Shown in pieces: positions 1-12,570 of a stretch of 64,000 nucleotides of DNA. Within the stretch, counting starts at the first letter, position 1, and every line of letters starts with the position of its first letter. Made by a program: the position numbers and the translations under genes. This DNA is from Camelus dromedarius (lineage: Eukaryota): the NCBI RefSeq assembly GCF_036321535.1, contig NC_087437.1, positions 14,634,001-14,698,000 of the forward strand. Direction: 5' to 3'. Under the pieces are notes generated by a model. That model saw only the letters and a program-made list of their open reading frames with translations, was not told the DNA's origin and did no database searches.

Positions 1-102
1 AGCACTCTGAAGTGAGGCGGTATCTTCCTTATTGTACAGCCAAGGAAAACAAAGCTGAGAAAACTTGCTTGAGGTCCCACAGCTAGCAAGTTACAGAACC
101 AG

Positions 103-643
103 TGTTATTACCGAGGCCAAACTCATTCTGCTCGCCGCACAGCAGGCCAGTAAATTGGGAGACAAGGTGTTGGGTCAAGGAAGAGTGACTTTATTTGGAA
201 AGCCAGTAGACCAAGAGACGGCAGACTAATGTCTTGGAGAACTATCTTCCCCAAGTTAGAGTTCAGGCTCCTTTTATACTAAAAAGGGGGAGGGTAGTAT
301 GCTTGGTTGTTGCAAACTTCTTGGTCTAGGAATTCTTTGTTCTTGGAATCCTTTGTTCCTGCAGCTGTCCACGTGGGTCAGGTCATGGTGCCTCTGTAAA
401 CCTCCAACAAAACAAATGTTATTTTCTATTCTGCAACTTGTTATCTTTATATGAATGGAAAAGTGTTAATATCCTTAAAGCATAGAGCCTTAAAAATGGG
501 CTGTTCTGTATATTTCAGGCTACGGGCAACATTTTTTTACAAAAGGTGCAGAACCAGCAAAACTAAGCCCAGGAAACAGAGCACAGGGTTAAAGCCAAAG
601 AAACAGATCTAATATGGAGTCAGGCTTGTTCTTTTCTATTACA
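103..643 (-). mobile_element. Solo LTR, ERV1-like, inserted in a MIR
   Basis: TGT...ACA termini (103, 643) with near-identical 4-bp flanks ccag/ccaa. Minus-strand TATA (gtataaaa, ~272-279) lies upstream of minus-strand AATAAA (~190-195). Flanks resemble an interrupted MIR. Confidence 0.7.
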
Positions 644-1309
644 CCAAGATGAACCTAAAACCCACCGACCCCAGGTCCAGGCCTTCCCACCACGCCCTGG
701 GCTGAAGGGCTCTGTGGGAAGCAGGGCCACGTGTGAGCAGAGTGCCCTGGGAGCACTGAGCAGGGAGCTGCCGTCTTTGACTGGATGAACTGAGAAGCCA
801 TGATCCCATCAAGACAAGGTGACAGTCGGGTTGGGGTTTTGGAGATACCCCAACATCATCTACTGACTACATCGTCACCTAGCAAGAAAGGGGTAGGGGC
901 AGAAAATTTGCATGTGAATGGATACATCCACGTCCAACACCTCATACGGCTTTCATGTTCAGCGGGCAGGGCGATCTAGCCCCGTGCTAATGATAAATAA
1001 GCTTTTATGTTCATGCAGCCTGCTTCCTTGGTCAAGAGTGTTTCTATTATGCAAGGTGGCATTTACCCTGGCCCCTCAGTTGGAATTTGAACAGGTTAAA
1101 ATACAATGTGTGCAGGTTATTAGTCTCCCTGACCCTTTCACCTCCAAGCTCCACACTTTGACTCTAAATGAGAATATTTTAGATGGTGAGAATCAGAGGA
1201 AATATCAATAGATACACCAAGAGTCGGAATTTTCCTCCCCTCTCTAAGTGGGCTCCCAGGTGTATCCGTGGCTGCATGCTCTCACTCCAGGGTGCTGAGA
1301 AGTTAAGGA

Positions 1310-1720
1310 ATCAGTATTGACACATTATTAACTGAAGTCCATACTTTATTCAGATTTCCTTCATTGTCCCCTACTGTCCTTTGTCTATTCCAGGGTCCCA
1401 GCCAGGATACCACGTGATGTTTAGTTGTCATGTCTCCTTCGGTACCTTTTGGCTGTGAGTTTCTCAGACTCACAAGACTTTCCTTGTCTTTGATGACCTC
1501 AGTGAGGAGTCCTGATCAGATATTTCACAGAATATTGGGATTTTCCAGATGTTTTTCTTATTAGACTGGGGGTGTAGGTTTGGGGAAGGAAAGCTACAGA
1601 GGTCAAGTGCCATCTCCATATCCAGGGTACCTACCATCACCATGACTTTATCACTGTTGATGCTGACCTTGGTCGCCTGGCTGAGGCAGTGTTTGTCGGG
1701 GTCTCTAATGTAAAGCATGG
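1310..1720 (-). mobile_element. Ancient L1 (L1MC-like) 3' fragment
   Basis: aagtccatactttattcagatttcc...tttagttgtcatgtctcc...tttctcagact...gatgacct resembles antisense L1MC 3'UTR (recall). Confidence 0.65.
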
Positions 1721-2384
1721 AACATTTTTACAAGCTTTGTCCTTTTAGTTCGGGAGAGTACAAAGCAGTCTGGGCCAATGCATTTGTGTTCTTCCCCATG
1801 ATGTCAGCGAGACGTTACCTGAATATTAATGATCCTGTTATTTTATCAGAAGCTGAGCTAACCTTTTCATCCACCTAATTCTGACTCTCATTTTTGTTTG
1901 GAGGAAGTCTTTAAGAGAATGTCTTTAGTGTGTAGGTTTGTTCCCCTGTCACAGCTGATTTTCCTCCCTTCTAGAATGGCAGCTCCTTGAAGGAAATGAT
2001 CATGTCTTCAATAAATAGGCACCATATACTACATAAATTCCACAGTGCAGTCACATCTTCAGTATGTGGTCACCTTATAACAGCCTCCACCTTTAGTCCA
2101 TCTGTCCCCCAGCCCACAAATTACATGTGTGCCAAGGGGCTTCATGGCACTGCTAGTAAGCATTTGTTCCCTCCTTTCTTTGGGGGAACTTGGGGCTATA
2201 GATCAGAGAACTCATCATGTTACAGAAAGAGCCAGAATTGAGATGTTTCCCTTTCCTTGAATCTGGGTAGTAGACAAAGACAGTAAAGGAGCCCAAGACA
2301 AAATCACCTGCACTTAGAAGCCCCTGATGTTTAAACCCAGAATGGTCATTGAAAAAGCTTTAATTTCACTTCTACGTTGATGGT

Positions 2385-2932
2385 ATTCAAGTAACTATTA
2401 CTGCTTAACAAACCACCTCTAAAAATCTTAGTGGCTTAAAAACAACAACAATCATTCATTTTACTTATAAATCTACAGTTTGGGTAGGAATCACTTGTCT
2501 CTGCTCCCCGCAGACTGGGCTAGGGCAGCTTGAGTGGGGCTGGAAGACCCACTTTCAAGATCGCTCACTCCCCTGGCTAGCAAGTCGGTGCTGGCTGTCA
2601 TCTGGAAGTTCAGCTGGGACTGAAGGCCAGGGGCCTCAGTTCCTTTCCACATTGCTCCCCACCATGGACGACTCAGGCTTCCTCACAGCGTGGCAGCTGA
2701 CTTCTGAGAGTAAGCACCCGACAGTAAGTACTAGGAGGCAGCTATACCATCTTTTATGACTTGGTCTCAGAAGTCACATAGCATCACTTCAACTGCAGTC
2801 ACAGACCCACCCAGGCTCCAGGGGATGGGACATAGACCTCACCTCTCCATAGGAATGCTGAAGTCACATTTAGGAAGAATAAGTTGGTTGGCATGTGTTA
2901 AGGTGGTTATTTTTGGAAAATATAAGCTGTCA
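2385..2932 (-). mobile_element. MaLR LTR (MLT1-type)
   Basis: ctgcttaacaaaccacc..cttagtggcttaaaaacaacaa..gctggaagacccactttcaagat..cagaagtcaca..catcacttc are MLT1 hallmark motifs. Confidence 0.7.
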
Positions 2933-3459
2933 CAGCTGGTTAGTGATTTGATTTAGAAGAATTTATTTTTTTCCCAGTTTTATTTAGATGCAGTTGACAT
3001 ACAACATTGTATTACAAGATAATGATTTGTGTCTATATTGTGAAATGATTATCGCAATGTTTAGTTAACATCAAGCACTTCACATAGTTTGAATTTTTTG
3101 TGTGTGATGTGAACTTTTAAAATTTACTCTCTTAGCAACTTTCAAATATGCAATACATATCGTGAACAATAGGCACCATGTTGTACATTATGCCCCAAAC
3201 TTACTTATTATAACTGGAAGTTTGTACATTTTGACCACCTTCACCCATTTCCCCTACTCCCTACACCCCACCTCTGGGAACCACCAATGTGTTCTCTGCT
3301 TCTAAAGCTTGACTTTTTTTTAATTCCACATGTAAATGAGATCATAAGTATTTGTCTTTCTCTGTCTGACTTATTTCACTTAGCATAATGCCCTCAAGGT
3401 CCATCCAAGTTGTTGCAAATGGCAGGATTGCCTTCTTTTTTGTGGCTGAGTAATATTCT

Positions 3460-3486
3460 TGTGTGTGTGTGTGTGTGTGTGTGTGT
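3460..3486. repeat. (TG)n microsatellite inside L1
   Basis: Directly visible. Confidence 0.95.
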
Positions 3487-3964
3487 CCCACATTCTCTTT
3501 ATCCATTCATCTATCAGTAGACATTTAGATTGTCTCCATGTCTTGGCTACTGTAAATAATGCCGCAGTGAACACGGGGGAGCAGATACCTCTTCAAGATA
3601 GTGATTTTGTTTCTTTCAGATACGTACCCAGAAGTGGGATTGCTGGATCACATGGTAGCTCTATTTTTAATTTTTTGAGGACCCTCCATACTGTTTTCCA
3701 CAGCAGCTATACCAACTTCCATTCCCATCAGCTGTGTACAAGGGTTCCCTTTCCTCCACATCCTCACCAAAACCAGTTCTCTCTTATCTGTTTGATAACA
3801 GTCATTATAGCAGGTCTGAGGTATTATCTCACTATGGTTTTGATTTGTATTTCTCTGATGGTTAGTGATATCGAGCACATTTTCTTGTACCTGTTGGCCA
3901 TTTGTATGTCTTTGGAAAAATGTCCATTCAGACCCTTTGCCCCATTTTTAAATGGATTATTTGG

Positions 3965-4019
3965 CTTTTTCTTTTTCTTTTTCTTTTTCTTTTTCTTTTT
4001 CTTTTTCTTTTTCTTTTTC

Positions 4020-4072
<53 letters not shown>
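3965..4072. repeat. (CTTTTT)n hexamer grading into (CTTTT)n and poly-T
   Basis: Directly visible. Confidence 0.95.
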
Positions 4073-4075
<3 letters not shown>

Positions 4076-5644
4076 AATTGAGTTGTATAAGTTCTTTATA
4101 TATTTATGTTTGCTGTGGCCAAGGTGCTGGACTGCGTATAGGGAATAACCTTGAACCAGACAGTCTCTGGCCTCTTAACAGCACAGAGTTGAGACAGGGA
4201 AACATAAGACACTGGGCATTTCCATTCAGAGATGAGGCCTGGAATAGGGGTCAGCTTAGAGGTTACCAGCCCACAAGGAGGGACTCCTAACAAAGTCTTC
4301 AAGGCCCAGCAGGAGTTCTAGGTGGAAAACGCTTGCCCCAGTTGGAACGGAATGACTAAGGCAAAGAAGCAAAAGCTGAAGGTGAAAGTCAGCGTGGTTG
4401 CCCAAGTGTTTCTTCTTCAGGGGGACGTTTTGCTTTTTGATTGTGGCCATCACAGCTGTTACTGTTGTTATGTCATTGCCTGTCTTCATGAAGTGTCCTC
4501 CTCCTCATGTAGGACATTTTCCTGGATCAAAAATGGCTCAGTACCTGAGGTCTCGAGCAGCCTAATCAGAGAAACCTGGGTTTAAATCCTGGTACTGCTA
4601 CACGGTGGCCGTTTTGACCTTAAACAAATGGCTTAATGTTAGCATGGAGGTGATGGGAGGACTCAGACTGCAAATTTGTCATTCTTGCCTGTTCCCTGCT
4701 CCCAAGAAAGGACCTGGACTGTGGATGCTTGCACATGTGAGTGCAGTCTTTGTTAGGAAGCTGTGGTCTGTCAGCCTCCCAGAGCTGCGGCATGGGGTGG
4801 ATCCATGCCAGCTGGAGACCTTGGGTGTGTCTGGGGCACCCACGCCTCATCTCGCATGCTTTTCTTGCCTGCATGTGTTCTAGAGATTGTACTCTGAGCG
4901 GTAATTCCCAGTGGAGTCATGGGCCTCACCAGCCTAGCTGTTGAACCCATGATCTGCAGACATTCCTGGAACCCACCAGGTGATGGCCTCAGGTGTCTCT
5001 AAGAGCTAAGCAGGACCCTCTGTCCTTGAGCCCTGTGGCCTGAGGCATGTCCCAGCAGGGCTTGATGGGAGGGAACATTTGGAACATGGCTTCCTGGAAA
5101 GAGAGTAGCAGCTAAGATGTGCACCCCAAACTCCTCTTTTTCTTTATAAAAAGACTCCCTTTCACAAAACGAGTACCTGTTAAGAGCAGCCGCCCAGCTC
5201 ACCCTAAAGCCCGCAATGCGTGTTTGTTTGAGTGAGGGAACCGTGCTCTGAGGAGTGAGGGGGGTTTGATCTTAAAACAAAAGGGCTCACTGGAGTTCAG
5301 AGGATGGAGCACCTGAATCCCAGGAACACATAAAGAGATCCCTGTGGATTTGGAACATCCGTGGGACTGGCCGGGGAGTGTGTGGCCCAGGGTAAGGATT
5401 CCACTTTGTTCGGCCTCAGCCTTCTCATTTGGAAAGTGGACGAGTTAGATGCCAGAGGGCCCTAGGATCCCTTCCAGTTAAAAGACAGTAACCCGGAAAT
5501 GAGAAGAGCTGTTTCCCGGCAAGATGGTATGTTACTGCCCACGCAGAAAACAGACTCCCTGATGGCCAGGCTTGGTAGGCCTGGATTCTCCTTCTTCTTG
5601 TTGAAACATCGGATGCAGAAGCTAAATTCCCAAGTGTTCCAAAT

Positions 5645-6030
5645 ATCTATTGCTGCAAAACACCTCTCCCCCCGACTGTGGATTAAAGCAGTAACAATTG
5701 TTTTTTGTGCCCCTGATTGTTAGGTTGACTGGGCTCAGCTGGGCAGCTCTGACTTGGGGTCTGTGTGGCTGTGGCCAGCAGTGGCCAGGCCAGGCTCGTC
5801 TCCCGGGCTCCTCTCTCATGTCGATGCCCGGCTGGACCTGAAACAGCTGGGGCTCCTTCTCTCTCTCTCTCTCTCTCCCCACGGGCTGACCTTGACTTCT
5901 TACACAGAACGGAAGGCCCCCAAGAAACACCTGCAGAAGCTTCATGACCTTTTCTACCCCTGGCCTTGGAAGCCACGTGGTGTCATTTCTACCCCATTCT
6001 GTTCACAAAGGCTCACTTAGGCTCAGAGGG
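5645..6030 (-). mobile_element. MaLR LTR (MLT1-type), degenerate, with internal (TC)n
   Basis: ctattgctgc..ttgactgggctcagctgggcag..ccttggaagccacg..catttctaccccattctgttc resemble MLT1. Confidence 0.55.
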
Positions 6031-6669
6031 AAGAGGAAACAGACCCCTCTGCTTGCTGGGAGGAGTGTCCGAGAACTTGCAGGCAGGATTTTAAATCATC
6101 ACCCCCAGCATCCAGGCTGGCCATCGTGCTTAGTGACAGGGGATGGCTGAGAAGGCATCTCAGACCCTGCTGTTCTGTCACAGGGTTTTGAGGCATTGGA
6201 GCAAATATCTGGCAGTGGAAACCTGGTTGAATGGGGAGGGAAGCTCTCCTTAGAAGAAGATATTTAAAAGTACAAGGAAAATGAGATAGAATTCTGTATG
6301 TGCAGGAGAAAATGTATCCATATAATAAATGTGTCCTGTGTGTGTAAGTGATTTTAAGAGCAAAATTATACAATTAATTGAATTAGTGAAACGATTGTGT
6401 GCACCAGATGCCAGGATTAGGGAAGAGGAGAGAATGAGAGTGGGGATACCCAGCTTGGGTGTTGTACTGCTTCAAGTTTCCCCCGTTACTTACAAAAGAA
6501 AGTTAATTGAATAACTTGTTAAAAGCACCCTAAATGTATAATATAGAACCCTGAAATGGAGAGAGACGAAAACAGGATTAAGAGGGAAGGAAAATGAAAA
6601 GACCAATAATAGAAAATCAGTTCTCAAGAGACTGTGGACCATTGCTTCTGAAGGTGCAGAGCAGGGCAG

Positions 6670-6900
6670 TGAGTGAACGTGGCTGAGTGTAGACTCTGGG
6701 GCCGAGCTGCCGGGTTCAAATCACGGCTCCCCGTCCCCAGCTGTGTGGTAGGAGGGAGCGTTCTGTGCCTCTCTGTGCTGCTTCTCCTCTGTCACAACAA
6801 GGAGCTAATAATAGGACCTGCCTCATCGGGTGGTTGGGAGAATTAAAGGTGTCAGGACAGCCCTCGCCCTCCTAGCATGCGTGTTCTCAGGAAGCGCTCG
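6670..6900 (+). mobile_element. MIR SINE
   Basis: agactctgg..gggttcaaatc..agctgtgtg..ctctctgtgc..aataataggacctgcctcat..gagaattaaa MIR core. Confidence 0.65.
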
Positions 6901-8501
6901 GGACGGATTGGCCATTTCGCTCGTCACGAATTTCCTCCTTGCCTTTGCCAGATGCAAGTATCCTGCCCAATGCGAGCTGTGGACAGCCAGCCGAGTAAAC
7001 AGAAGGAGGAAGGCCTTTCTTTTCCTTGGGTCCTGGGATCACGTATGCATTGGAATTCAAGGGAGGAGGAGGCCTTCCTGCGCCATCTAGGCACCCATCA
7101 ATCTGCAGGTTTCCACCCTCTACACTTGTCCTTATTCCAACATGCTTTAAAAATCGGTTCCATATTTAAAACATGTCAAGTTAGATTTTAGTTATAGATT
7201 CTCTGACATATTTGGAATCAGAGCCTCAGGAGTCTATTATGCAAATCCATGCAAATGATATGCAAAGAGGAGGTAGTCCCAGATTGTGAGGAGGGGAGTG
7301 AGCAGGCCAGCACAAAGGGCCTGGAGTGAAAATTTGCATCTGTTAGGGGAGCCCTGGGTTGAAGGCCTTGCACAGTTATTGTGACAGTCTGTGCCTTGCA
7401 TTCAGTCCTTAACCTTTTGTGCCAAGGATAGACATTGTCCACAGTGAAGGTGACGGTGCAGGTTGAAGGGGATGTTTGGGCAGCAATGTTGCAGCAGTTT
7501 TTATGACACAAATGAAGTTGCTTTGAAATAATGGCTGTGATCCAGGCTGTGTCTCCAACCAGCTGTGTGTTCTTGGACAAATCACTTCACTCCTTCCGTT
7601 GCCTGCTCTGTGAAATGAGGGTATTGGGTTAAGTTGCCTGTAGGGCCCCAGTCACTGTGTGACAGCGAAATGTCACCCTCCAGGTGAAAACCCTTTGCAT
7701 CTATGATGGTGGTATCCATTCATTGCACCAAAGGCTAAGGGGTAACTTAACAGTCCTCCTAGAGAGAAAAATAACTTCAGGGGATGCTGGCAACTCAAAA
7801 GAGCCCCAGCAAGGGCAACTGTGTTCACTTCCACTGTCAGTCTTATCAGAGAACTCCAGTCATACGCTTCCAAGCTGGAAGGATTTTAGCCCCTGGGATG
7901 CTCGTGGGGGAATTTCTTTCCCTGAGTAATTTGAAGACCAGGATGCATTAAGCCCTCTGCCTCTAGAGTCTGCAGAAGTTCTCCCATAGGCCAAGTGGTT
8001 TCCCCGCCTGTCCCTGGGGTCCTGTCTGACAGCTCTGTGCCACCCTTGATGCTGCTGCCAGAAGAAGGCAGGGCCCTTAGTCTCAACCTCATTGTACTGA
8101 ACACACCTGTGGGCCCTTCACTTGAACTCCAGCTGTCTGTCAGGGCACCACCAGCCGGGCACAGGTGTGAGCTGACAGCCTCTCTGCCCAGGGCTTCTGT
8201 AATTCAGCCACATGGGTCTCGTGGAGGAGCGGGGAGTCAGGTGGAGCGAGCACCGGCATGGGGAGGGGGGGCTGCCAGTGCGTTGTGCTCCGCTCACAGA
8301 CAGTTCCAGGTGCGTCTGCTCAGCTCCTCAGCCATCCCCAGTAGATGTGAGTTGCCCAACCTGCCCTGGGGTTGATTTTCCCTGTTTCACTCATCTCAGA
8401 CCCCCATGGCTGTCCCCTCAGGTCACTCCCCAAAATAAACTCCAGGCACACAAGCCCTGGTCTCCGCGCTCTCCTTTTTTGGGGATCTCTAACTGAAGAC
8501 A

Positions 8502-8897
8502 CTTACTTCAGTCTGCTCGGGCTGCTGTGCCCAGTGGCATCACGGGCTAGGGGTTTAAACAACAGAAATTCATCTCCGCATAGTTCTGGAAGTCCAAGAT
8601 CAAGGTGCCAGCAGGGCTGGAATCCCCTGAGGTCTCTCTTCTTGGCTTACAGACATCTGGACTCTCACTGTGTCCTGTCAAGGCCTCTTCTCTGTGCCCG
8701 AGCATTCCTGGTGTCTTTCTCTGTGTCCTAAGCTCCTGTTCTGCTAAGGATACCAGTCAGATTGGATTAGGACCCACCCCAGTGGCTTCATTTTGCCCTA
8801 ATCACCTCTTCAAAGGCCCCATCTAACATACAGTCCCATTCTGTGGCTAGGGATTCAGCACATGGATTTGAGAGGATCACAGTTCCGCCCATAACAA
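8502..8897 (-). mobile_element. MaLR LTR (MLT1A/B-like)
   Basis: ttaaacaacagaaatt..agttctggaagtccaagatcaaggtgccagcaggg..aaggataccagtcagattggattaggacccaccc..acagttccgcccataaca. Confidence 0.8.
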
Positions 8898-10914
8898 CAC
8901 ATATTGAACCAGGATGCTCATGAACCAAACAGAGGCTTATAAAGGAGTGTCCCTCAACACCCCAGTGGTCATGACCACCAGCCCTAGAAATAGATTGTCC
9001 CTGTGGAGTTAAACTGCCAGGGAGGGGCTGGAATGACCCTGAACCGGTCACAGCCCAGAGGCACACATTCCCTCTGTGGCTGTAACTTGTCCTCTTCCCG
9101 CCTCATTGATGGCGGGTCCAGGAACAGCACGTGTTTGGGATACAGCCCGGGTGTCACATACTTCTGCTATTGCGGGAGTTTGAACATGTTACTTAATCTC
9201 CCTGAGCCTCAATTTCCTGCCCTATCAAGTGGTTATGAGGGTTCAACTGAGCTTGAAAGACAGGCCAGAGCAGAGGCTCAGTTAATGGTTTTTACGATTA
9301 ACCCAGATAAGCAGAAAACACTGTTGGTGTATGGGCAATACCATGAATGAAAGTTTACAAAAAAATAGGTTTATAGGACAAATTGTTGGTCCTGGAGAAG
9401 TGGGTGCTATGGTTTCTGTTCAATCTGTAGTCCCTCAGCCTCCCCCACCCACTAAGGTAGATGTGCAGGGTGAGGGGACACTGGTCCACTCAGACCCCAC
9501 CCCACAACTAAGCTGGAGGAGGCCTCAGTGGTCCTGGGCCTTGTTTCAAAGGTGTGTCAAGAGAGCTCCTCCTCCTCTCTGCTTCTAGAAACTCACCAGG
9601 GCCCCTGCCTTCTCCTGTCAACTTTGCTGACCACCTCGGACCCCCCAGAAGTCACCGCCAGGGCCCCTTCTTTGACCATTGTCCTGCTGCAATCTGGTGG
9701 GGGAGGGAGACTCCAAGAGAGTTAGCAGAGACAGAGCTTTACCACTGTCTGGGCAGCTAACAGGGCTGAAGGAAGGGCCTGAGAGCAACCAGGCAGGGGT
9801 TCATGTGAACAAGGAGGAGCTCACAGGTCAGAATCAGGCCTTAGAGGTCTTTCCAGCACTCCTCTGTGACAGACACTCTTCCCTGCCCATGTGCTGTACG
9901 CTGGGGAGGAGGGGTGGGGCGGCCTTCTGGTCTATAACCCAGATAGGTCCTACATCTCACATTTACACGAGGTATTATTTTTAAAGATAGGCACATGCTG
10001 TTGTGATTAATAAAAATCCACACGTATTAAGAAGAGGTGTTAAATGCATAGGTTTTTGTCCTTGTGCACTTTCTCGGTGAACTAAAAGCATACACACTGA
10101 CCATCATGCGCAGTCCAAGGTTTTTTTTTAATGCCCAGAAGGGTTCTTCCTACTCAGAAAGGCTAGGCTGTGGTTTTCACAGAGAGTTCAGCCTCACGAG
10201 CATCGTCGGAGAAGCAGTTAAAATGACAATGGAACACACCTTCTCTTCCAGGCTCCGTGCTGTGTGCTTTACAGGTGCCAGATCTGGTCTCTGGACCCCT
10301 GTCCCCTTCTGCCTGTCACTCTCCAGTGACACTGAGATGTCTGCCTGGTTTTAGGATCGTTTGTGGATTTGTACGTGCTCACCCGGGGCCACAGACTGCC
10401 CTGTTCATTTTGGTGTTCTCCGGGATCAAGGAGAGGGTAGACCCTCCTTAACTGTTTGGTAGGTGGGCCTGAATGAGCAGACATCTGTCGTCTGTACCTT
10501 TGTCTCGTTCATAAATGGAAGATTCAGAAAAGGCGTGGGAGCTGGTCAGCTCTGCCCACCCGAGTCCTCCTCACTGGCTCAGGGCAGCCCACGCAGAGCT
10601 GCCGGCTTCCCTGTGGTCAGGCCGGCCTCGACCGCTCCCTGGTTCACTGGGCCAGCAGGCGCCGGGAGGCCACAAGCCCTTCCACACCCCCCACCCCTCC
10701 AGCCTGTTCCGAGAAGCTGCCCTTGGACGGGGGGCCATGGCATTTCAGATGCATTTGGGAAAGGGCCCCTTTAGCCGACTCTGGTTCCCCTGCAGCTGGG
10801 TTCTCCCCCAAACAGGGGCTGGGTGGCACCCACCTGATGGACCTAACCCCAACTCCACATGGCCCTGTGTCTGCTGAGCATGGGCCTTGGGGAGGCTCCC
10901 GGTGTTTCCCATGA

Positions 10915-12570
<1,656 letters not shown>

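Larger units (their letters stand above)
2966..4108 (-). mobile_element. L1 3' end (ORF2 C-terminus remnant plus 3'UTR)
   Basis: Minus-strand ORFs read [29 protein letters not shown] and [15 protein letters not shown] (L1 ORF2-derived). T-rich tail at ~2966. Confidence 0.9.

Noticed and set aside
4110..4132. REST/NRSE-like motif (gctgtggccaaggtgctgga)
   Set aside because: Only one half-site matches; too degenerate to support.
3459..4148. 229-aa ORF with a poly-Phe run
   Set aside because: Antisense reading of an L1 3' end plus (TG)n and (CTTTTT)n microsatellites; not a gene.
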